A stretch of 64,000 bases of DNA from Hyphochytrium catenoides (taxonomy: Eukaryota; Protista; Hyphochytriomycota), in NCBI GenBank assembly GCA_900088475.1, contig FLMG01000727.1, positions 27,401 through 91,400 on the forward strand. The letters run 5' to 3'. Of this stretch, positions 53,504 to 63,919 are shown piece after piece; the first letter of the stretch is position 1, and the number at the start of each line of letters is the position of its first letter. The notes under the pieces were generated by a model. The model saw nothing but the letters and a program-made list of their open reading frames with translations. It made no database searches and was not told the DNA's origin. The translations under genes were made by a program, and so were the position numbers.

Positions 53504-56402
53504 ATGCCGAAGCATGGCTTTCTCACTCCCAAGGCAATCTCTAACCGCATGAAGGTGGGCCCTTCTTGCTAGGCTTCCTTTGATGGGCTGCAATCGCTCC
53601 CCCTGGACGTCCTCTTCTTTTTGGCATTCCCGTGGCATTCCCGTCTTGGCCGTTGTCAGGGATGAGCTTTCATGTCCTAACGCTTTGCTCTTCCAGTCTA
53701 AGGGGCTTCAGAAGCTCCGCTGGTTCTGTCAGGCCTGTCAAAAGCAATGCAGGGACGAGAACGGCTTCAAGTGTCATACCATGAGCGAGAGCCACCAGCG
53801 TCAGCTCCTCATCATTGCCGAGAACCCTAACAAAGTCATTGACGAGTTCACTCGAGAGGTGGGGTCAATCCGTCGGTAAACCCTCACTCTCTTCTAATTG
53901 GTTCTAGGCTGAAAGTCTTGCTTGTTATTCTTCGCCTCTCTCCCCCTCTTTTACCGCGGTCATGATCGACCTACTCCTTTCTTCGAGCTTCCTTCGCTTG
54001 TTCTTCCCTGCCGCTTTGATAGGCCAGTAGGGCAGTAGGCCCGTTCCTCAGAAAGCGGCTAAGATTGACATTTGCAGTTCGAGACCGAGTTTCTGAGGAC
54101 ATTGTCTGGAAGACATGGCACCAAAAGGGTTCACGCTAACTTGGTAAGCACCTAGTCCAAAAGAGTTAGGAGGCCTGGAAGGGAAACAAGCGAGAACGCA
54201 GACTCTACTTTATGAGGCTAAAGCCGTCACAGCCACCTTTGGATCTATGGGAATAAGCTAGCGGGAAGAACGAGGGTGGAGGAAGAAGGGCTTTTAGGAC
54301 AGAATAGAGACAGTGTAGGTAGCAGAGAAGGGAGTCTAGACTATCGGCAAGACGTGTATACTCACGAAAGGTCCCGAGGCAAGGTCTAGAAGATATGTGC
54401 CTGGGAGATGTTCTGGTTGTCTGTTAAATGCCTTTCCCCCATTATCCTAACAGGTCTACCAGGAGTACATCTCTGACAAGATGCACGTCCATATGAATGC
54501 AACGATGTTTGACACTCTGACCTCGTTCGTTCAGTATCTTGGGAGGAACGGCAAATGCGTAGTGGACGAGACGGAGAAAGTAAGCCCACTCTCTTCTTAT
54601 GTCTTATCTCTCTCTTCCTCCTTCGCCTACCAAAGTAACGTTACTCACGTGCTTTATACTCTTATCGCCGGCCTTACGAGGCTGGTTCCTGGCTCTCTAT
54701 CATCTTCTTCTTATAATCAGGTCACTGATGTGATATCGTTATAGGGCTGGTATATTCAGTACATTGACAAAGATCCTGCAGCCGTGATGCGTCAGAAGGA
54801 GCTTGAAAAGAAGCGTCAGGCAGCGATGGACGATGATGAGAGAATGCAGAAGTTCATCAAACAACAGGTGGCAGCTGCACAAGCGGCGAGTAAAGAGGAA
54901 GAGTGAGTCCTTGCGTCATACGGGGTTGTCATTCCTTTGCCCAAACCGTTACCTTCCGCTTCGTTCCCTTCTGTCTGTGTGCCCTAGGTAATGTCCGCGT
55001 GTGTTGATCTCTTCACGGCCTAATAACCTTTGTGTTGGTTTATTATTGTTGTGATGCGCAGCGAAAACGTAAGCAGCAGAGAGCTGAAAAGAGAGTCAGA
55101 CGAGAAGCTCGTTCTCAGCTTGGCAACTGCCGATGCCAAGAAAGCTGAGACCAAGAAGGCAAAGCCGGCCATAGGGTCTTTCTCCTTCACCTCTATTGTC
55201 AAAACGTAAGCGGGAATGGTTGCATGAAAGCTTACTGCATGATCGCAACAGCTAACCGGAGCTGTTCAGACCGGATGAAGACGAAAGTAAGCCCTCAGAC
55301 AAGACTCAGACGAATGGAGGAAGCAAAGTAGAGACTGGAAAGAGGAAGTCGGCAATGGAAGAGCTGATGGAAGAAGAAAAGAGAAGGAAGCTTTCCGAGC
55401 AGCTGAAGGCGGAGAGAAAGGACTACTGGCTCTGGAAGAATATTATAGTCAAAGTTATCAATAAGAAGCTAGCGGACGGGAGGTAAGAAGGCACAGGGCT
55501 CTCTTCCAGACCACTTTGACTTATTCCTACCTCAGATATTATAAGAAGAAGGGCGTAGTGACACGAGTAGAAGAGAAGTACATTGCTCACCTTAAAATGT
55601 TGGATTCTGGGGATGTACTGAAAATCGACCAGGTACGCTCACTGTATGGAGCCTGACTCATGACATGCCCTTCTCAGACCTCCTGTCCCTTATTTTTCCT
55701 CTTTCATGCGTCTGCCCTTAACTTTTCATTAGTTAGCTATACTGTAACTGTCTGTTGCAGGCATGTATGGCAAAGTCTCTCCCTCCACCTCATCGCTTTG
55801 GGCTTTCGCTTCTTCGCCTACAGCTGGAATCGTCCTTCTGCACTAGCACTCGTGACTGGGTCACCAACCTTCGTCCTGTTTCTCTCCTACGCTGGTTTTA
55901 CGTTTTCAATTGATATCTCATTTTCTCCGACCGACCAGGATGATTTAGAAACAGTTATCCCTGCTAAGGGGTACAAGGTCCAAATTCTGAACGGCGTCGG
56001 AAGGGGTCAGGTCGCAGAGTTGTTAGAGCTGCAGGAGGAAAAGTTCAGTGCTAGACTGCGAATAGCCGATGGAAGACACAGGTACGGAACAGGACGGGAT
56101 GAGGGGTGAGCAAGACGGGCTAGAACGGCAGGGAGAAATGGGGAAACTCCAAGCAAGGACTGGAAGATGTTGACAATTTGAAGATTGGGCGGCCTACAGC
56201 TAGTGCGACCATTGACTTAGAAGGAGAGAGAGAGAGCTGTATATGTGACGTGAGGCAGAACTTCTAGAGGAAGATTGGGAAGAGGGGCCACACGCTGAAA
56301 GACTTAAACGGATATCTTACTGCTCTTCGCTTTAGGGGAAAGGTTGTTGAGAACGTGGCCTATGAAGATTTTTGCAAGCTGGATCCTGAGCTCTATCCTT
56401 AG
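53504..56402 (+). CDS. KIN17: KIN17 DNA/RNA-binding protein
   Basis: 'FLTPKAISNRMK|SKGLQKLRWFCQACQKQCRDENGFKCHTMSESHQRQ', 'HVHMNAT', 'GWYIQYID', 'KDYWLWKNIIVKV' and 'DQ|DDLETVIP'. Ends 'YEDFCKLDPELYP*'. Confidence 0.95.
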
Positions 56403-56477
56403 AAGAGAAACTGAGATTGCTGCTCTGATTTATTTATTGTGTACATTTATAGATAATTACGAGGGTGATAGCCCCTG

Positions 56478-58748
56478 TCATAACCTCCAACCTCCTTTGT
56501 CCTCTTTCTCGCCTCCATCGCCTTCCTCTAACAAGGGCTTCCTGAGTGAGGCAGCTTCTGGTTCTGTAAGAATGGCAAAGCGTCAGTGGGTGGAGGTACA
56601 CGAGAAAGAGCATATCAAGAGCTATGAGGGTGCAGAGAGAACCACATATGCGTGACGAAGGGAGTCCTAGGCACTTACGGTATCCCTTGAGAACAATCTC
56701 ATAGTCTTCCCCGTCCCTCGTGAAAGTTTGCGCTTGTGGTTGAAAACCTGACGGCAAAACAATGGGCATCACCTGCATTTTTGACAGGAACGGGCAACCG
56801 CTCAGCCTGTTTCTCTTTCATGCTTGAGCACTCCAACCAAGACGAATTCTTGGTCTCTGCGAAAGTCCTGTGTGCACTGCTATATCTCTCTCATTCCTCG
56901 TCTTGTAGATCTTCAATCCCTGCCTTTTGCCTACAAATCCTTTCGCCTTCACGCGGTCGAGCTATCAAAGCTCCTCGATCCTCACTTACCTCATTAAAGT
57001 CTACGACGGCGCTGTGTAACCCAAGATTGTCGGAAAGGAGGCTCCCTCTTTTGGTCTTCCTGCCCACAAAGGGATAATAGGGAAATGCTACTCTGTGGGC
57101 GAGCGCGGCCAGAAACATCTCTATACAGATTAACAAATTTTGGATGGCCGTCGAGATGTCATGTTTGGACCAGTCTTCTGCCTGCGTTTAGGGCGCCAAC
57201 GAGAGAGAAGAACTCCGTAAGCCAGATTTCCTTGAAAAGCTACCTCTTACCTCTCCCCAATGGTGCAGCATGTCTTCTAACCAGAGGCTGCAGAAGTCTA
57301 CCAAAGTTTTTCCCATCCCCTGACTTTTTTGAGATACTGTCGCATCCTTACGAGCTTACTCCCACCGAAGGTTTTTCTTTCCAGCTCACCTCTTGCAGAA
57401 TGCCCAGTTTACTGAGCACTCCTAGCAGTACGCCCTGCCAGAAAGACAGGAAAAGCACTGCCTTTATACAAAGAAACTTCGGCACTGGATGGAAGGGTGC
57501 GAGAGGTCCACTAAAGGCGATGTAGAATAGGACCAAGTAGTAAAAAGCGTATGAAATGCTTATATTCATGATGAGCGTCAACACCCAGTATCCGGTGCTA
57601 TAGTTGTGCGTCAGCTCCAAAACAACTGCGATAACGGAAAAACGGGCAAGGATTAGGCCACGAGTTACCCCTTAGGAAGGCCATAGATTGTTGTGAGTAG
57701 ACGAGAAAGGAGGACTCAAGGCAATTTCATCGTCAAATCCCAGCAGGCATGTGAAGGATAGTACGAGAGGGCTTCATCACCAAGGTCACCAAGGACAAGA
57801 TGTAAAGGAGTAGGAGGAGGCAGTACCAGCAATGAGGGCCGTTAATGGCTTCAAGAGAACAAACTGCATCGCTGCCCATTTGCAGTGCTTGAGAAAGCGT
57901 CGATCCGTAGGAAGTAAGGAGCAGCATAAGGAGAATGGGAAAGGATGGACTATTGGGGGAAGCGTGCCAAGCATCTGCAACGAATAGCAAGTGCAACAGA
58001 TGTACAAGAAATTTGGATAATTAGTGCCAATCACTTAGAAAATTACGTTGGTAGGTAAGGTTCTGCCCCTGAGAGATGATGATGAAGTAAAAAGACTCGT
58101 GACTGGTCAGCTGTTCGTACCTCGACGACCTTTTCCTCATCTCCATTGCCCAAGTATGCTATCATAAGGGATAGGAAGAGGTAGATGACATAGGCTTCAT
58201 AACAGTCACGCCAGAGATCTAAGTAGACGGCGACGTGCTGGATAGTAGTTGCATGACGGATACGTGGAAGGGCCCAAAGATCTGTTATTAGAACGCAGCC
58301 AACCTTCGGTAGAAAACTAGCACCGTCATCTACCTTGAAGCGCAGCGATAGCCAGGAGTCCACAGCATAGATGGGCACCATCCATAGTATCCCGACAATC
58401 TTGGCCAGTTAGATGTTAGTATGGTACTCATTATTATTTTGTTCTTGCAAGAATAGAAAGCAAACATGAAGAGATAGACGGCAAGGAGACCGTGCGTTCG
58501 GAGGAGCTGTATGTGTCATCTCTCACCTTGCTCTGTATGAGAGGCACCGCAAAATGCTTCAAATGTTTCCGGATCAAGTCTAGGGAAAGGAGAACAGCTG
58601 CCAAGGCAAACACTCCGGCCACAATCCAAGCGACCTTGTGTGTCTCCTGGGGAGGCGGAAGGACTAGATCTCCTTGCCCCTGTTCATCAAGCCACAAGGC
58701 ATGACCACCTGTCGGCGTGGCAGCCTCCTCGTATAAAGAAGCGTGCAT
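56478..58748 (-). CDS. TMEM184: TMEM184 / OST-alpha family transporter
   Basis: 'ILWMVPIYAVDSWLSLRF', 'RDCYEAYVIYLF', 'MQFVLLKP', 'PVPKFLCIKAVLFLSFWQG' and 'QNLLICIEMFLAALAHRVAFPY'. Confidence 0.93.
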
Positions 58749-59864
58749 GCCTGGTAAAGACTTCTCTAACTAGGATGCCTTGCACTGCACATTCGGCAGA
58801 CAGTCACGGAGCTAGAGAGATCTCACTGACCACCGGACTGCATTCAAGCCACCGGTAACTGCAAGGAAGAAGTTAGACAGAGAAGGTGCTGTTACCCCTG
58901 TGGGTGCCCTTGGCTCTTCCTAGGGACCTTAAGCATCGGTTGGCTTGCAAGAGGCTCTAGAAAGTGTAGCCTGTGCGTCTTCAATACTCCTGTCGGTTCG
59001 GTTCGTGAGACGGAAGAATGAAGAAGGGCGAATGGCGGCGATGTAAAAACCTCTGACAATTTTCATTGTCTCTTTCTCTTACATTGAGCCAAGAATAGCG
59101 TCTGAAGAAGCTTCAACACACATCAGCAATGCACGCACTGGGGGGTACGCTTTTTTCAACTTTTACTTTTTGAAAAACAAAGCTTTGTTTGCGCTTTCTA
59201 GAGTTTGCAATGGTTTGGCGTGGGATGCAAGGAAATGAAAACTTGATCTTGAAGGCAAAACATGTGCGCACAGTTCCATGCGTGCGCTATGCTGGTGACA
59301 GGTCTTTGGCAACGAGAGGTTCTTCAATCAATGAATGATAGTGTTAGAACTGAAGAACTCACACAAAATCCCAACACAGCTAACGCCTTAATAAGTTTGA
59401 CTTGTGAGAGTTGAGGAGGGCCCTTTATAGAATGTAGAACACAAAACTGGCGCATTGCTGAAATGCTGAAAATGCTGAAGAAACTCGGCCACACCATTCT
59501 CATCACTATCTCTCTAAGGCCATTCTTATCCTCTGAGTACAGCTCCATAATCGACGTACTTGCCTAATAGCTTTCTAGAGGGCTATAGCCAAACTACCAA
59601 GCCAAACTACCCTATGCCTTGCGGCCACTGTCGTCAACGGCGAAGACTTACATGGAATCACCCAATGCCCGCCGTTGTCCCTCTTCATTCTGCGTTTCAC
59701 GTGTCTCACAGCTTTGAGACCCTGTTGTACTCGATCTGGCCGAGCGCTGCCTGCTAGGCTCATAATCAGATTGTCTGAAAGAAGATCACCCAGTCAAGAG
59801 AAGACCAAGTACCGACCATCAGTGTATTCGAAGAGGTTCTCCAATAGCCTTTGGAAAGGGAAGT

Positions 59865-60400
59865 ATGGAGGAAGTCACTAGGACAACTCTCCCAAACATG
59901 CAAGTGTCAACTGAGCAACCTGTGCCGACAGAAGCGCACGAGATGACCGTTGTGAGGGAGCCGCAAGACCACATTGTTGTTCAGTACCGCAGCGTACCTC
60001 CAGATCACTTCAAGCTCTTCGTACGCTTACAAGACTGTGTATGCTATTCATACTGTAACTGGCTTGCGGCACTACGCAAAAAGGACGAGAACTTTGTACC
60101 TTTTAATCTCACTCTCTTTGGCTTATGCACCTTCCTCCAAGCTATTGTTGCAGAACTAGACAGCGAGTTGAAACTGGTCGTACTGACGTACAATGATTTT
60201 ATAGCTCACCTTCCTCGGAGAGACGTTGATCCTCATGAGGCAGAGAAGAGCACTACGGAATAAGACCATCAGCTCTTTGAAGGCGGATGACTCTCCGAAA
60301 CCGTTCACAACACGCCGATGGCGAGGGTCATATCATCCTTTTGATGCTCCCAGCCATAAGGTCATCACTTAAGGACATAGTTTACCCCTCCAATTATGTT
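59865..60400 (+). pseudogene. Intronless hypothetical ORF remnant (132-aa ORF plus a probable frameshifted continuation)
   Basis: ORF 59865-60263 has protein-like composition. A likely continuation 'HADGEGHIILL' is in ORF 60287. Confidence 0.35.
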
Positions 60401-60411
60401 AATGATGCTTG

Positions 60412-61500
60412 TTACCATCTACGGAGGAGAAAGAGGAACTCTTTGGTTTGTGAGAAGTTCTTGTCTGTGATCTGGGTTAATGAGCGCCGTATTGCTCGGC
60501 ACAATGGATGGTTTTCTTGGCTTGGCGCAGGTAGAAGTGTTTCTAACCATGCAATGACTGGTCTGTATTTTTCAACTGAGACTGGGGCAATAGTGTCCCG
60601 TACAAGACCGTAGATTTCATCGACCTCAGTGCTAGCCGCTTGCACACTTACTGGGTCTTCGTGGTTGTCCACAATCTCTGTGCAGTCACTATCTATATCA
60701 GTTTCGTGGCCTTGGCTGAAGATGACTTGGTAGGTCTGTAGTCTTTATACGGAGCTCTGGTCGGTCCGTAAATAATTTATCTAATGGAGCATCCATCAAA
60801 TTCCTCACCAACCGCGCAGTCTGCTTCTGTAGTCGTCACCGATACTGATCTTAATATAAGGCTCTCGTTGTCCGGGCAACTCCACTATGGTTGAGTTTTC
60901 ATCATAGGTCACAACATGGGTGTGGCAGTAGGGTAAGAAGAGATAAGAGGGAGTCTGGTCATCCTTGGACCGGATTAGATCCCCGTAAGTCAGGATGTAC
61001 ATTTCTCTATGGCCACCCCCTCGTCTGTACTTCTGAATAGCTTGGAAAGCCGCCGCGTGGCACTATCTGCCATACTTGAAGAAGGTCGTCGACATTGCGG
61101 CATCCTTCCGCTTCAAGGGTGAACCCGTCCGTAGCCTCTTAACATGGCTTCTTCATAGATATAGCACGTGGAGCTTGATCTGCATTTCATGGACTTTAAA
61201 GAGTTTCTTCGTTCTCAGACAGTAAAGAGAGCCAACCACATCTTTTGTCCTGGAATGGATGTTCTATAGCTCGCTGGCGTACTCAGCGTTTGGCAAATCA
61301 TCTGGACTAGAATGTGTGATCTCTTCGGATAAGCTGTAATGTCCTCTACGATAATCCCAAGTGCCTTGATCCTCATATTAAGTCCTAGATCGACAAAGGA
61401 CCTTTTTGATGCAGGGTTGCTGAGGCCGGCATTCCTAATGGCACTGTGGCAGCTGTTACAGATGAACTGTCCATTGTTCCGCTCGATATTTCTTACTGAG
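60412..61500 (-). pseudogene. Degraded ORF with a CxxC motif and a GIY-YIG/T5orf172-like segment
   Basis: One frame runs 61380 to 60805 through stops at 61378, 61264, 61153 and 61063 into 'GHREMYILTYG...PYIKISIGDDYRSRL'. Upstream in another frame is 'FICNSCHS'. Confidence 0.4.
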
Positions 61501-61501
61501 G

Positions 61502-62088
61502 CCTAAGACGAAGGACAACATTGTTGAGGAACTACCTGGACCGGAGTATGAGTCTCTACTCTTCAAGACACTTGCTCTCTTCGATGAAGCCTTTTAGGGT
61601 CAGTTTGAAAAGTTCTTGGAGGACGGTGTCATTGCTCTCGCAGGTGCTAAGCGCAAGGGACCGGCCAAGGATGGGGCTAAGCCACTTGTGATTCAAGATA
61701 ACAAGATCCGTCGTATAGTCCATGACACTATCTCTGAGACGGACCCCTGAGAATCCGCTTACTGGTCAACCGCTCGCCAACCCGTCAGGTCGTCTTCAGC
61801 TGAAGCATGACTTCACTAACGATCCCCTCCATTGACCCCAATGACAGGAGCACTTCACTTCTTGCAAGGAAAACAAGAATCTTGGATAAGGACACTCAAG
61901 ACCTTGCCCCTTATGACGGAGAACCAGTGAAGAACAGCAATAGTCACAAGTATCTATGCTTCGGTTGTATATTCAATGCAGAGATAGATCTGGGAAGTGT
62001 GTGCTGCCGCTCTGCGGGGATCCTCCTGCCCTGTGGTCGTCCTGGCTCTGAACGGCAGACAGTGGTGCGGAGATCAAAGAGGATGTAG
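61502..62088 (+). pseudogene. 5'-truncated, frameshifted homolog of asfarvirus CP312R (ssDNA-binding protein)
   Basis: The repaired translation is PKTKDNIVEELPGPEYESLLFKTLALFDEAF*GQFEKFLEDG...KIRRIVHDTISETD/PENPLTGQPLANPSGRLQLKHDFTND/PSIDPNDRSTSLLARKTRILDKDTQDLAPYDGEPVKNSNSHKYLCFGCIFNAEIDLGSVCCRSAGILLP. Its blocks are colinear with ASFV CP312R as I recall it. Confidence 0.72.
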
Positions 62089-62310
62089 TACTGCTTCAGA
62101 CCAAAGTGCTGCATAAGCGATCCCACGTTGAGAACTGAACACAACTGAAACTCAGAAGTGCAGAACACGTAGCTAGCGGCGCGTAGTTGGCAGCTGTAAC
62201 CGTCAACTCCAAGGGAAACAAGTTTGCAACCGTATAGAATCGGAGAGTAGCACCTGTGACTATCATCCTCACGTGAAGCCATAGAGTACTTGTTATGTTA
62301 GCGGCTGGGC

Positions 62311-62899
62311 TTACTCCTTAGGAATAAACCGCTTTCTGCTCCAACTATCAAGGCATGCTCCTACAAGTACCGCACAGAACTTTTGATGGTGAAAGGAGGC
62401 GGGCAAACACGACGACAGAGCACTCCAACGCTGGAGATGCACCGAGACACGACGGTATACGAGCTTACGAGAAAAAGGCATATCCCTACTACAAACGCGG
62501 AAGGTAAAGGCACATAGTCTATCAGGTTGATCTCTCCCATAGAAGCTGGACACAACTTCTTCGGTACTGCTTCAAAGCATCATGTGCAGCAAACAAAGCG
62601 TTGAAAGCGTCGTCTGTGGCCCCTACCGGCACGGAAGGTCCTGCGTCTCGCAGAAGATCTACCAGAAGAAGGTCACAGAAGTGGCTGTGGATCGCCCAGT
62701 CTGCTGTCTTACAGTCTTCACCACAGTATTTCCTTAGCTGACAGTCTGGACACAAGGTCACGCCTCCGTCATGAGACTCAGCGCTAAAGTTGCGATCGCA
62801 CCAGCAGCAGCAGTTTGAGCTTCTCCTTGCGGCCCGGTCTAGTCTTCGTATGGCCCTTCGCGGGCGTAAAGATTGATGTCTTCGCCGACGAGGAGGCAT
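62311..62899 (-). pseudogene. Intronless zf-MYND ORF with a probable frameshift near 62560
   Basis: 'CCWCDRN...CPDCQLRKYCGEDCKTADWAIHSHFC' is a MYND pattern. A plausible continuation 'EEVVSSFYGRDQPD...' is in a shifted frame. Confidence 0.55.
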
Positions 62900-63304
62900 T
62901 CTTCTTCTGTTACTCAGCTGGTGCACTGGCCCCCACTTGAGCTTTCTAAAAGATGGTTGAGAATCGTAAGTGGAAACCGTCCCCAAAAGATCTCTTTCTG
63001 CAGTCGCCAGCGAAGGCCATATGATCAGGGTATACCACACACGACTTCTTGGTACCATCTGTGGTGGAATAATCAGCTGAAATCCCACGACACCACAGAT
63101 CCTCAGGAGTTATGGTGTCTGCAACCACGATAGGCCTATCCACCAATAACCGGGCGCAAGCGCAGGTCGCGGAGCGGGCCGATGAAAATGCCTTGAAATG
63201 CCTTCAAGCTTCAGAAAATTCAAATTTCAAACTATGATCACATTACTAAAAAACAAGCCATCACCTGCCCAACAGCGCCGCTGATCTCCAACTCATTACG
63301 AACT

Positions 63305-63919
63305 CTTTGATCGTCGTCGCCGGTCGGAACGCTCTCCGGACAGCTTCTAACAAGAGCCTACAGCTTCCGGACAGCAGCTTCAATGGCTCTGCTTTCTGTC
63401 CCATCACTGGTGAGCCCTTGCTACTCTTTCTCTCCCATTTCTCGGTCGCTCCGCTAACCTGCAGCTTCCGGACAGCTTCTAGTGACTCTGCTTTCTGTCC
63501 CATCACTGGTGAGCCCCTGCTACTCTTTCTCTCGCATTTCTCGGTCGCTCCACTACTGACCTCTTGCCTTATTATCTGATCCTTGATCGTCGTCGCAGAT
63601 CATAAGGCTGTTCGGACAGCTTCTAGTGCCTCTGCTTTCTGTCCCATCACTGGTGAGCCCCTGCTACTCTTTCTCTCCCACTTCTCGTCGCTCCCTGACC
63701 TTATTTGATCCTTGCCTGCAGCTTCCAGTGACCTGCACTTTCATCCAACAAGAGCCTACAGCTTCCGGACAGCTTCAATGGCTCTGCTTTCTGTCCCATC
63801 ACTGGTGAGCCCCTGCTACTCGCATTTCTCGGTCGCTCCACTGACCTCTTGCCTTATCTGATCCTTGATCATCGTCGCAGATCATAAGGCTGTTCGGACA
63901 GCTTCTATTGACTCTGCTT
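63305..63919. repeat. Modular tandem repeat: four full copies and one truncated copy of a ~40-bp core with shuffled flanking sub-modules
   Basis: The core ctctgctttctgtcccatcactggtgagccc(c/t)tgctactc starts at 63387, 63486, 63630 and 63782, and is truncated at 63912. Spacing is 99/144/152/130 bp. Confidence 0.92.

Larger units (their letters stand above)
59250..63260. mobile_element. Putative decayed endogenous NCLDV (asfarvirus-like) segment: intronless ORF fragments in alternating orientation
   Basis: Contains the CP312R-like fragment. Coding-like tracts abut with almost no intergenic DNA and no evident introns, and carry many in-frame stops and frameshifts. Boundaries are approximate. Confidence 0.6.

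Noticed and set aside
63305-63919. CRISPR-like array (constant core with variable spacing)
   Set aside because: The spacers are re-used sub-modules rather than unique sequences, lengths are irregular, there are no cas genes, and the context is eukaryotic.
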